From positions 3,050 to 67,049 of the forward strand of contig CAITIQ010000542.1 of the NCBI GenBank assembly GCA_903892415.1: a stretch of DNA of 64,000 nucleotides, read 5' to 3'. The notes beneath the pieces were generated by a model, which saw only the letters and a list, made by a program, of their open reading frames with translations, was not told the DNA's origin and did not search any database. Source of the DNA: an uncultured delta proteobacterium. Lineage in GTDB: Bacteria > Myxococcota_A > Polyangia > Polyangiales > Polyangiaceae. Each line of letters opens with the position of its first letter. The stretch's first letter is position 1. A program made the translations under genes and the position numbers. Shown here one piece after another: positions 8,982 to 17,591 of the stretch.

Positions 8982-10057
8982 CCGCAGGCGTCGCAATCCC
9001 CGCCGCAGTCAGTTTCAACTTCGTTGCCGTTGAGGATGTTGTCGTCGCAAGAGGGGGCGAGACAGACGTTGTCCACGCAATTGAAGGAGAAACACCACTC
9101 GGGCTGATCACAAGCATTGCCCGTTTCGCACGTTCCGATGCAGTCCTGGCCGGGGCCGCAGTCGACGTCGATCTCCTGCCCGTTTTCTACGCCGTCGGTG
9201 CAGCTGGGCACCGAGCAGACGCAGCCGTTATCCGAGCAATCTTTGCATTGCAACGAGAGGCAATCGGAGTCCTCGAGGCAGCCTTTGCCGTCGTCACACG
9301 CTGGGCACGGCCCGCCACAATCCTTGGCCGTCTCGAGCCCGTTCTTTTTGCTGTCGTCGCAGGTCGGTTTTTGGCAGGTCATGGCACCGCCACCGGCGCT
9401 TTCGCAGACCAAAGACTCGCAGTCGTTCGCGACTTCGCAGTCTTTGCCGTCTGCGCAGGCTGGGCAGGAGCCGCCGCAATCAACGTCGGTCTCCATCGGA
9501 TCCTTCGTGTTGTTGTCGCAGCTGGCCGAAACGCATTCGTTCATGATGCACACAGTGAGGCCGGTGCATTGGTTGCCGAGCGGCAAGCACTCGACGCAGG
9601 CGCCGTCGCCGTCGCACACACCCGCAGTTCCTTCACATGGTTCACCCTTCGCCGTGTTCGTCGCAGGCACGGGACCGTCGGCCGAGCAGGCGTCCAGGGT
9701 GCAGGGGTTGCCGTCGACCAGGAGGTCGGTTGCGTCGGGCGTCTCAACCAGCAGGCCCGCGGCGCAGACCTGCTGCTTGCAGTCTCCCACGGGATCCGAG
9801 GCTACGGGGCCGTCCGGAACTTCGCGCAGCTCGCATTGGTTGTTGGCGCAGGCCCTTACGATGCACGGATCTCCGGTGTCCGGACAGTCGGCGGGGACGG
9901 TACATTGGGGCCCTTGGCCGCCAGACCCTCCCGTGTTGGTGGGCTTGCTCAGATCCTGAATTCCGATCAGCGCATCACAGCCCGTGAGCAAGCCGGACAG
10001 GAGTCCAAGTTGCGCGAGGGCGCGGAGAGCAGTTGCTTCAGTCACGATGAACTTCAC
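8978..10057 (-). CDS. Cysteine-rich repeat lipoprotein
   Basis: Lipobox LGLLSGLLTGC. The C-terminal half carries 3.5 copies of a ~35-aa module: DVDCGGSCPACADGKDCEVANDCESLVC, AKDCGGPCPACDDGKGCLEDSDCLSLQC, DVDCGPGQDCIGTCETGNACDQPEWCFSFNC, ETDCGGDCDACG. 4-nt overlap with the upstream gene. Confidence 0.75.
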   Translation of the reverse strand: MKFIVTEATALRALAQLGLLSGLLTGCDALIGIQDLSKPTNTGGSGGQGPQCTVPADCPDTGDPCIVRACANNQCELREVPDGPVASDPVGDCKQQVCAAGLLVETPDATDLLVDGNPCTLDACSADGPVPATNTAKGEPCEGTAGVCDGDGACVECLPLGNQCTGLTVCIMNECVSASCDNNTKDPMETDVDCGGSCPACADGKDCEVANDCESLVCESAGGGAMTCQKPTCDDSKKNGLETAKDCGGPCPACDDGKGCLEDSDCLSLQCKDCSDNGCVCSVPSCTDGVENGQEIDVDCGPGQDCIGTCETGNACDQPEWCFSFNCVDNVCLAPSCDDNILNGNEVETDCGGDCDACG

Positions 10058-11070
10058 AAGACACCTCCTATCGATAAGTAAGCTCCGTCAGATCCAATAC
10101 GGAAGTCTCTGAGCATAACGGCCGGGGCCGGCTCGCTGGCGGGCGCGAGGAAGTAGAGCAGCGCACCGCCCGCGACCAACGTGCCACCCACCGCAAAGGA
10201 GATCGTCGAGATCAGCGCTGATTGCTTAGCCGACTCTTGCAGCGCGATGCCCTCGTCGGTGCAGCGATTGGGCGCGCCGCCTTCGCAGGTGGCCAACGCT
10301 GCGTCGTAGCTTTTGATGGCGCCGATGCCGAAGCCGGTGCCGATGGCGATTCCAACCAAGCCTCCACCTCCGACCACGACCCCGGCGATGCGCATCGAAT
10401 CACCGTCGATGCCCGACGACTCTTGCGGCGCTGCGACGACGGGAGCTTTCTCGAGCGCGGGGATCTTGAGTGTGGTGGTCCCTGTTCCTTTGGGGACCTC
10501 AATCGACGTCTTGAACGGCTTGAAGCCGTCGGCCTCGGCGATGATCTCCTGCACGCCCGGATCGACGGCCAAGGCATCGAGCGACAGGAGCGCGCTGATC
10601 GCAGCGCCGTTTCGCTTTAGGCGCGTCTTGGTCTCGGCGTGTTCTGGCGCCAGTTCGATACGCAGGTAGCTCAACGTTGGTTCGAGCTTGGCTGCGCGAT
10701 CAGCCGCGATCGCTGCGCGCTCTTTCTGTCCCGAGCGCGCGGCCAACTCCGAGGCCTCTTTGAAGCCGGCCCAAGCGCTCGCCGTTCGCCCGATTTGCTC
10801 CTGACAATCGGAGAGGTAGAGCAACGCACCAAGCCCGAAGTCGAGCCGCAGACTCTCTTCGAACAAAGGACATGCCTCGGAGAACTTCCCAGCCTCGTGC
10901 AGCTCCTTGGCGCGGTTGAAGAACTGGATGGCGTTCGCCTTCGTGTCCCTCGTTGGCTCAGCGCCGTTTACCTCGGGCGAGTCGCTTGGAGCTTGTGCAA
11001 ACGCGGTTCCAGCGACCAGCAGGTTCGCCAGCAATACAAAACCCACGAGACGATTATTCACGACCGCCAA
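10054..11070 (-). CDS. Secreted TPR-like protein with Gly-rich C-terminal membrane segment
   Basis: Signal peptide LVGFVLLANLLVAGTAFAQA, TPR-like helices (AIQFFNRAKELHEAGKFSEACPLFEESL), C-terminal AGVVVGGGGLVGIAIGTGFGIG. It overlaps the kinase stop by 17 nt, so the true start may be slightly internal. Confidence 0.65.
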   Translation of the reverse strand: MAVVNNRLVGFVLLANLLVAGTAFAQAPSDSPEVNGAEPTRDTKANAIQFFNRAKELHEAGKFSEACPLFEESLRLDFGLGALLYLSDCQEQIGRTASAWAGFKEASELAARSGQKERAAIAADRAAKLEPTLSYLRIELAPEHAETKTRLKRNGAAISALLSLDALAVDPGVQEIIAEADGFKPFKTSIEVPKGTGTTTLKIPALEKAPVVAAPQESSGIDGDSMRIAGVVVGGGGLVGIAIGTGFGIGAIKSYDAALATCEGGAPNRCTDEGIALQESAKQSALISTISFAVGGTLVAGGALLYFLAPASEPAPAVMLRDFRIGSDGAYLSIGGVL

Positions 11071-12490
11071 ACCCCGTTGTTCGCCCTGATGAGGGCTTCG
11101 GCACTGGAAAACGATTCGGGGGTCGCACGCCTGTTAGAGCCGGTGCCGCCGAAGCTGATGCTACTGCAGATGCCGACGCGACCGCCGAAGGAGCTGCTGC
11201 GGCGCTTGGTGTCGTGTCGGCGCTCGCACTTGTTTGAGCCGCCGTCAGCGCCGTCGGGGTCACGACGCTCGACGTTGGAACTGGGGCCGCGGCTGCGGCG
11301 GGGGCTACCGGCGTCGGCGCTGTTGCCGAGTTGAGCTGCACGATCAGCGCGACTCCAAGCCCTGCGACGGCAACACCGGCCAGCGCGAGCGGCCACCATT
11401 TGCGGCGCGTCTCCCACTGGGGCTTCTCGCCCCAGGAGGTGATCGTCAGCGACCCTTCTTTCGAGGGGGGCGGTGGTAGCGAGGCCGGGCTTGCGGCCGG
11501 CAGCCCGTGATCATCCCGCAGCCTCGTGATGCGTTCCAGCGTCAGCGCGGCTTGCTCCGGAGCGAACGGCGTGAGGGCTCTGACCAAATGCGCGATGTCG
11601 CGGAAGCGTTTGGCTGGGTCCTTCTCCAAACACCGACGAACGACCTTCTCGAGCGACTCAGGGATGGTGCCATCGTCGAAGGGCGCCGGCTCCTGACTCA
11701 GCACCGCGGCGCAAATCATTGGGATGGTTTTGGCGTCGAAGGGCGAGCGCGCCGTGAGCAGCTCATAGAGGATCACGCCCAGCGACCAAATGTCGGTGCG
11801 CGCGTCGACCTCGGTCGAGGCCTTCATTTGTTCGGGCGACATGTACAGCGGCGAGCCAAGCATCGACGTGGGGTTGGTCAGCGCTTTGTTGGCGGTGATG
11901 TCGGCACCGGCTTCGCGTCGCGTGATCTTCGAGATGCCAAAGTCGAGCACCTTGACGGTGGTCGTCCCGGAGCCAGTGCGCGCCAGGAACAAATTGGCCG
12001 GCTTTAGATCGCGGTGCACGATTCCGCCTGCGTGCGCCTCGGCGACGGCCTCGCAGGCCTGCAGCACGTAGACCACCGCTTGGCGGCGATCGAGCTTCTT
12101 GCCGCCTCGCATCTCGCCGGCCAGGTCGTGCCCGTCGAGGTACTCCATGACGATGAACGGCGCGCCGGTGGGCAGCGTGTCGACGTCCAGCACGCGCCCG
12201 ACGTGCTCGCTCTGAATGCGCGCGGCGGCTCGCGCTTCACGCGTAAAGCGCTCGAGCGCTTCATCACTCTCGCTGCTCTTGGCGTTGAGCAGCTTGATCG
12301 CCACGGGCCTATCGAGAGTGAGGTGGGTCGCTGCAACCACGACGCCCATCCCGCCTTCACCGATCACTCGGTCAACCCGGTATTTCCCGCGGATGACCTC
12401 CCCGATCTCGACGCTCATCTGCGGCTTCACGGGGCTGCCCTCGTGACTCAGCGAGTCGCGTTGATTGGTGTCAGAGGAGACTTCGGTCAT
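11054..12490 (-). CDS. Hanks-type serine/threonine protein kinase, single-pass membrane
   Basis: GEGGMGVV (G-loop), VAIKLL, HRDLKPANLF, DFGISK, SPLYMSPEQ, DIWSLGVILYELLT. One TM segment (WWPLALAGVAVAGLGVALIV) and an Ala/Pro/Thr-rich tail. I prefer ATG 12490 (MTEVSSD) over the listed 12625. Confidence 0.88.
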   Translation of the reverse strand: MTEVSSDTNQRDSLSHEGSPVKPQMSVEIGEVIRGKYRVDRVIGEGGMGVVVAATHLTLDRPVAIKLLNAKSSESDEALERFTREARAAARIQSEHVGRVLDVDTLPTGAPFIVMEYLDGHDLAGEMRGGKKLDRRQAVVYVLQACEAVAEAHAGGIVHRDLKPANLFLARTGSGTTTVKVLDFGISKITRREAGADITANKALTNPTSMLGSPLYMSPEQMKASTEVDARTDIWSLGVILYELLTARSPFDAKTIPMICAAVLSQEPAPFDDGTIPESLEKVVRRCLEKDPAKRFRDIAHLVRALTPFAPEQAALTLERITRLRDDHGLPAASPASLPPPPSKEGSLTITSWGEKPQWETRRKWWPLALAGVAVAGLGVALIVQLNSATAPTPVAPAAAAAPVPTSSVVTPTALTAAQTSASADTTPSAAAAPSAVASASAVASASAAPALTGVRPPNRFPVPKPSSGRTTGFGGRE

Positions 12491-12593
12491 GGCAAGGTGC
12501 AAGGGCGGCGCAGGGGCTGCGCGCGTAAGAAGGTCGATGATACCACTGCTTGGCCCCCGGCCCAGTAGTAGCTGCTTTTGCCGCAGCAGGTGG

Positions 12594-14297
12594 TCACGGT
12601 GTCTTGTGAGCAGATGTGGGCGCACTCAGCCGCTTGACGATGCGTTTGAGCGGTGTGCCCTCGCCACCAGAAAGCGCCGGATGCCCACCAAAGCGCTTTT
12701 CGGCTCCGGACCGCGCGATGCAGCGAGCGGCCTTCTCCAATTGATCGACCGCGGCACCGACCTGTTTCTTCGCCGAGAAGTCCGCGGCTTCGAGCTGTCG
12801 GATTGCCTTCTCCATCGAGATTGGGCAGCTCTCGGGGGACGACGGCACGCTGATGGGTTGGGCGTTGCAACAGCGCTGTCGGATCACAGCGAAGGCCGCC
12901 AACTCGAAGTAGCCGAGCAGCGACCACTCTTTCATCCCGCTGGTGACGGCGCGCCCATGTCCCGCCCTCACGATCATCTCGCGAAAACGCTGAGAGCCCT
13001 CGAGCACATCGCTCGCTGTGCAAACCGGGCTGAAGTCGGTGAAGGTGCCCTCGAAGGTGTCGGCCGGCAGCGCTCGCGTGACGCATTGATCGAGCGCGTC
13101 CGCGACGGGCGTGGAGGCTGCTGCGCTTGCGGGCGCCGCAGCCGTTGGCGTCGCGCTGGATGGCGTCGCGCTGGCTGGGTTGGCCGCTGGGCGCACACCG
13201 GTGAGGGGCTGGGCCGGCTCGCCCGCCGAGTGCGCTGGAGCGCCGCTCTGCGAAGTCAAAACCAGCGAGGTTGCAGGCCGTTCAGCACCGGAGGAAGGTT
13301 GGGCGTCGCTCGTGCTCGGCGTCGAGCCTCTGCTCACGAACCAGACGATCACGACCGCAGCGCACGAGGCTATGGCTGCGAGCCAGGGCCAACCTGAGCG
13401 CGGACTCGCGGGCTCTTTCGTCGCCAAGGGCTCGGAGTCCGGTGCTTTGGCGTCATCGGCTTGGGCCTGTTCTGCGCTGCGGGCCTTCGGAGGACGAGCA
13501 CTGAGCTTTGGCGGAACCAGCTTTGGCATGCGCCTTGGCGGTTGTTCAACGCTTCCCGGCACGGTTGGACGCTCCCCGTCCTCCTCAAAATCCAGCGCGC
13601 CGTCTTCCAAGCTCGCGCCGTGTTGGCTCAATGGTGCGGCGGGCGGTGGTGGCAGCGTGGAGAGGTCAAGCGACGGTTCCGCGGCCTCCTCCTCCCACGC
13701 GAGCGGCTCGTCTACCAGGGCCCCCTCGGCTTCCAACCAACGGTCGAGCGCATCACAAAGCTGCTCCAGCGTGACCGGCGCGGGCGTGTTCGCGCGAAGG
13801 AATACGTCGTTCAACGCTTGGTCGAGATCGTCATCCCCCGAATCGAAAACGGCCAAGGACGGAGGTCGGTCCCCGGGGGCTGTCTCATGCGCGGTGATCG
13901 CAAAGTGCACGAGCCGCGCGACAGCAACCGTGTCGGCAGCGAGCCCCGCCGGACCGCTCTTCTTCAGCGGCCTCGCTCGAGGCTTCTGCGGCTGAATCAG
14001 CACCGCGTCGGCGAGCAACCGCGTGGGTAGCAAGATCGCCTCTGCATTGATGCGGCCGTGGCACTCACCGCTCGCATGCAGCGGCTTCAGCGTTCGCGCG
14101 AGGCGAGCTCCAAGACGAACGCCTTCGCGTGGTTTGAGGGGTCCGTCGACCGCGACTCGCCGAGCAAGAGTGAGCAACGCCCGCAATGTGTCCGAGCCGG
14201 AGGGCGAAGACAACCGGAGAAAGCATAGAACGAATTCCGTTGTCGTACGTCTGCTCCGTCTGGACGACCCCTCGCTCAACGGAGAGTATCCCCGCAT
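12594..14297 (-). CDS. Membrane protein with degenerate kinase C-lobe only (pseudokinase remnant) and Cys-containing extracytoplasmic domain
   Basis: The catalytic-loop position reads HGRINAEAILL instead of HRDLKPxN. No G-loop, VAIK or DFG is present. C-lobe-like helices are recognisable (DTVAVARLVHFAITAHETAP, VTLEQLCDALDRWL), then an acidic/Pro linker, a TM segment WPWLAAIASCAAVVIVWFV and a C-terminal domain. The start is uncertain. Confidence 0.55.
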   Translation of the reverse strand: MRGYSPLSEGSSRRSRRTTTEFVLCFLRLSSPSGSDTLRALLTLARRVAVDGPLKPREGVRLGARLARTLKPLHASGECHGRINAEAILLPTRLLADAVLIQPQKPRARPLKKSGPAGLAADTVAVARLVHFAITAHETAPGDRPPSLAVFDSGDDDLDQALNDVFLRANTPAPVTLEQLCDALDRWLEAEGALVDEPLAWEEEAAEPSLDLSTLPPPPAAPLSQHGASLEDGALDFEEDGERPTVPGSVEQPPRRMPKLVPPKLSARPPKARSAEQAQADDAKAPDSEPLATKEPASPRSGWPWLAAIASCAAVVIVWFVSRGSTPSTSDAQPSSGAERPATSLVLTSQSGAPAHSAGEPAQPLTGVRPAANPASATPSSATPTAAAPASAAASTPVADALDQCVTRALPADTFEGTFTDFSPVCTASDVLEGSQRFREMIVRAGHGRAVTSGMKEWSLLGYFELAAFAVIRQRCCNAQPISVPSSPESCPISMEKAIRQLEAADFSAKKQVGAAVDQLEKAARCIARSGAEKRFGGHPALSGGEGTPLKRIVKRLSAPTSAHKTP

Positions 14298-16587
14298 GTT
14301 TCGAAAGCGCCTCCCATTGTCAGCTCTGTTCTTAGTTGCTTCGACGCTCTTTGGCTGTGCCAGCGAAGCGAGACTGCGTTACCCCACCGCCGATTCGCCG
14401 CTCAAACTCGACCGCGTCGTGCTCTACCGCAACGGCGTCGGCTACTTTGAGCGCACTGGTGAGGTGGACGGCGACATCCTGACCATCAAGGTGCGCAAGG
14501 ACCAGGTGAATGACCTGCTCAAGAGTTTGACGGTGGTTGAGAAGGCCAGCGGTCGTGCGGTCAGCGTATCGATGCCGCTCGATCCTTCGACCTGGGCCAA
14601 TGCGGCGCTGGCGACGCTGCAACCGGGTCGCGGAAACCTGGCCCAGGTGCTGGATGATCTGCGCGGCTCGGGCGTGACGCTGGTGACCTCCGACGGCAGC
14701 ATCACCGGCCGCATCATCATGGTGGAACAGCTCGATGACGCACCGGAGGACATGCCTGCCGCACGCGGGACCTTCCCCATGCCCCAGCCGCGCTCCACCG
14801 ATCACCGCGTGACGCTGCTCGACGGCTCCAATATGCGCGTGGTGAAGTTGTCCAAGGTGCGCTCGATCAAGCTCGAGGACGGAGACCTCGCGATGCAGTT
14901 CAATCGCACGCTCGACGCGAGCGCTGGTGAGGGCATGTTCCAGCAGGTCGCGGTCAGCATCCGTTTGGTGGGCGCGAGTTCGCATGACCTGCTCGTCAGC
15001 TACGTGGCGCAGGCGCCGATGTGGAAGCCGACCTATCGCGTGGTCCTACCAAAGGAGGGCAAAGGGAAGGCGCTGCTGCAAGCGTGGGCCGTGGTGGACA
15101 ACACCAGCGGAGAAGATTGGGGCAACGTCGAGCTCGGCCTCACCAGCGGCGCGCCGATCGCGTTCCGTTATGACTTACACACGCCGCGCGACGTTTTCCG
15201 CGCCGACCTGACCGAGACGGGCGTGCGCAAGCAGGCGCAGGCCATGGTGGGCGAGACCACCTATCAGCCGATGCCGGATCAGGGGCTGATGGCCGGGATG
15301 CCCAGCCCGGGTGCAATGGCGGCCGCTGAAGCAGGCGATGGTGCTTTCGACCTGGAGGAGGAGAGCTCAGGCGGTTTCAATGGTGTGAAAGACGCACGCA
15401 AAGAATCCAAGGGCCGCCCAAGTCGCGTCGCTGCTGCGAGCCCGGCTCCTCCCCCGAAGACCGGTGAAGGACGGGGGTATGGGTACGGTGGTGGCGAGTC
15501 GCTCAAGCAGGAGCAAACCATCGACTTCGATTCGCTGCGTCGCTCGACGTTGGCGCAAGCCAAGGCCGCTACGGTCTCGGGTCAAACGCGCTTTGATCTC
15601 GACTCGCGCGTAACCGTCCCCGACGGCACCTCGACCATGGTGGCGATCGTGAACTCCGACGTTGAAGGCGAAGAGACCTTCCTGTTCCGACCGGGTGGAG
15701 CTGGCATGGGCTACGAGGCCAATCCGTACCGCGTGGTGCGCTTCCGCAACAGCACCCCGTTCGTGCTCGAGCCGGGGCCGATCTCCATTTACGCAGGCGG
15801 CAGCTTCGTGGGTGAAGGGCTCAGTGAAACGGTCGGCGCCGGCACCAGCGCCACCATCCCCTTCGCGGTGGAGACCGACATCATGGTCAGCTCTTCGGTC
15901 AAAGACGATCGCGAGGAGATGCGACTGATCAAGATGTCGCGCGGTGTGCTCGAGGTCGAGCAGTTCGCGCGCCGCGTCACCACCTACACGGTCAAGAGTC
16001 AGACCAACGACAAGGGCTTCAACGTCCTCATTCGCCACAGCAAGACCGGCTGGAACTACTCGCTCTCCGAGCGACCTGCAGGCACTGAAGACCTATCGGA
16101 TGGCTACCTCGTGCCCGTCAACGTGGCCGCAGGCGCGCGTGAAGGCACCATCACCGTCATCGAGCAAACGCCGAGCCGCAGCTCGCTAAGCATCTGGGAG
16201 CGGCCTGCGCTCGAGCTGCTCGAGAAGCTGCTCACCTACACCGACCTAACGCCCGAGCTGAAAAAGAAGCTGCAGCCCGTCGTCGATAAGCGCAGGGAGC
16301 TGGGGAGGCTCGAGGAGCAGCTCTTCGGCCTAACCGAGAAGCGCAACAAGCTCGATCAGCGAGCCTCCGAGCTCCGCGCGAATATCCAAGCGATCGAGAA
16401 GAACAACCAGGCAGCAGCCCAGCGCCAAAAATGGACGAAGCAGCTCGACGAGTTCAGCACCGAGGGCAACAAGCTGGGCGCGCAACTGGCGGAGCTCGAG
16501 GCCAAACGTCTCGACGCGAGGAGCGAGCTCTCGGACCTGATCCAAGAACTGGATGTCACAGCCCCGAGCCCGGCCAAGAAGCCCTAG
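14296..16587 (+). CDS. Lipoprotein, DUF4139-like with C-terminal coiled coil
   Basis: Lipoprotein signal at ATG 14296 (MFRKRLPLSALFLVASTLFGC). The N-terminus (VVLYRNGVGYFERTGEVDGDILTIKV) and beta-rich body resemble DUF4139-type proteins (from memory only). A Gly/Ala low-complexity insert is present. The last ~120 aa are heptad-like (LEEQLFGLTEKRNKLDQRASELRANIQAIEK). Confidence 0.7.
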   Translation: MFRKRLPLSALFLVASTLFGCASEARLRYPTADSPLKLDRVVLYRNGVGYFERTGEVDGDILTIKVRKDQVNDLLKSLTVVEKASGRAVSVSMPLDPSTWANAALATLQPGRGNLAQVLDDLRGSGVTLVTSDGSITGRIIMVEQLDDAPEDMPAARGTFPMPQPRSTDHRVTLLDGSNMRVVKLSKVRSIKLEDGDLAMQFNRTLDASAGEGMFQQVAVSIRLVGASSHDLLVSYVAQAPMWKPTYRVVLPKEGKGKALLQAWAVVDNTSGEDWGNVELGLTSGAPIAFRYDLHTPRDVFRADLTETGVRKQAQAMVGETTYQPMPDQGLMAGMPSPGAMAAAEAGDGAFDLEEESSGGFNGVKDARKESKGRPSRVAAASPAPPPKTGEGRGYGYGGGESLKQEQTIDFDSLRRSTLAQAKAATVSGQTRFDLDSRVTVPDGTSTMVAIVNSDVEGEETFLFRPGGAGMGYEANPYRVVRFRNSTPFVLEPGPISIYAGGSFVGEGLSETVGAGTSATIPFAVETDIMVSSSVKDDREEMRLIKMSRGVLEVEQFARRVTTYTVKSQTNDKGFNVLIRHSKTGWNYSLSERPAGTEDLSDGYLVPVNVAAGAREGTITVIEQTPSRSSLSIWERPALELLEKLLTYTDLTPELKKKLQPVVDKRRELGRLEEQLFGLTEKRNKLDQRASELRANIQAIEKNNQAAAQRQKWTKQLDEFSTEGNKLGAQLAELEAKRLDARSELSDLIQELDVTAPSPAKKP

Positions 16588-16637
16588 CGCAGGAAGCTCT
16601 TTCCGCGGGCCGCGACTTCTGGTCAGAATCGGTTGCA

Positions 16638-17591
16638 ATGATTCAGAGGTCGAGGCCCGATGTTTGGTTCTTGGTGTTGGCGCAGGTCATCGGCTGCGGT
16701 GAAGACGAGGTCTACACCGTGCCCGCTGCGCCCGAGAGCTCGGCGGAACCCAGCGCAGTGGTCAACCCGGTACGGTCGAGTGCACCCTCGTCGCAGGCTT
16801 CGAGCTCGAGTGAACCTCCCTTGGTGCTGACCAATCTCGCCTCGAGCGTTCCGGTCAGCACCGTGCGTAAATGGGCCGATTTTTCCGGACCCAATACGCC
16901 CTCTGAACTTAGCGCCGGCTCCCGTGGCTGGTTGGTCGTGCCGATGAGCAGCGGCTGGGAGACCTTGAAGTTGTCGGTCGAATCGGTGGCGCGCGTCGAG
17001 GCGCCGTTTGCTGTCGTGCAAAGCGAGCGCGGTGACATCTTCGTTCCTGGCGCCTTTACCGCGCCTCTGCGTCGGCCGGAGGGCCTGTTGAAGGGGGACG
17101 CTGTGGTGGTGCCGGCCATGGGTAGCCGCGCTGTTGCCCGCGTCGTCAGTGTGGCGGCGGATGCGGTGTCAGTGAAGTTTCGCTATGCGGGCGAGCTGAA
17201 GGAATTGTCGATCCCTCAGACTGACGTCATCAAGCTCGACGGCACGTTGAAGTTTGGTGCCGTGGCGGTCGCGCGCGACAGCACGCACAACTCCCTGGGC
17301 GAGGAGAAGGTGGTCTGGCGAGGCGGGCAGTTTGTTTCGACCGCCGAAGGAAAGTCGTGGCTCATAACCTGGTCGGGTCGGCCCTTCCGCCTCCCGGCGA
17401 GCTTCATCAAGCCGATGGCCATCCACCACACGCACAAGACGGGGGACAAGGTGATGGTTCTGCAGGGAGAAGAGCTGACTTCCGGCGCGGTGCTCAAGTC
17501 GGAGGAAGATGGCTTGCGCTACGTTGTGAAGCTCGACAGCGGTACCGAGAGTTCGGTGTCCTTTGACATGGTCACGAGCCCCTTGCCGTAG
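16638..17591 (+). CDS. Lipoprotein, unknown function
   Basis: Lipobox at internal ATG 16638 (MIQRSRPDVWFLVLAQVIGC), a Ser/Pro-rich linker, and a long ORF in the same orientation as its neighbours. Confidence 0.65.
   Translation: MIQRSRPDVWFLVLAQVIGCGEDEVYTVPAAPESSAEPSAVVNPVRSSAPSSQASSSSEPPLVLTNLASSVPVSTVRKWADFSGPNTPSELSAGSRGWLVVPMSSGWETLKLSVESVARVEAPFAVVQSERGDIFVPGAFTAPLRRPEGLLKGDAVVVPAMGSRAVARVVSVAADAVSVKFRYAGELKELSIPQTDVIKLDGTLKFGAVAVARDSTHNSLGEEKVVWRGGQFVSTAEGKSWLITWSGRPFRLPASFIKPMAIHHTHKTGDKVMVLQGEELTSGAVLKSEEDGLRYVVKLDSGTESSVSFDMVTSPLP

Noticed and set aside
9117-10081. Two plus-strand ORFs (9117-9959, 9248-10081) opposite the Cys-rich lipoprotein gene.
   Set aside because: The minus-strand product has a lipobox and a regular Cys module repeat. 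The plus-strand translations are Ser/Pro/Gln or Arg/Ala low-complexity mirror images of it.
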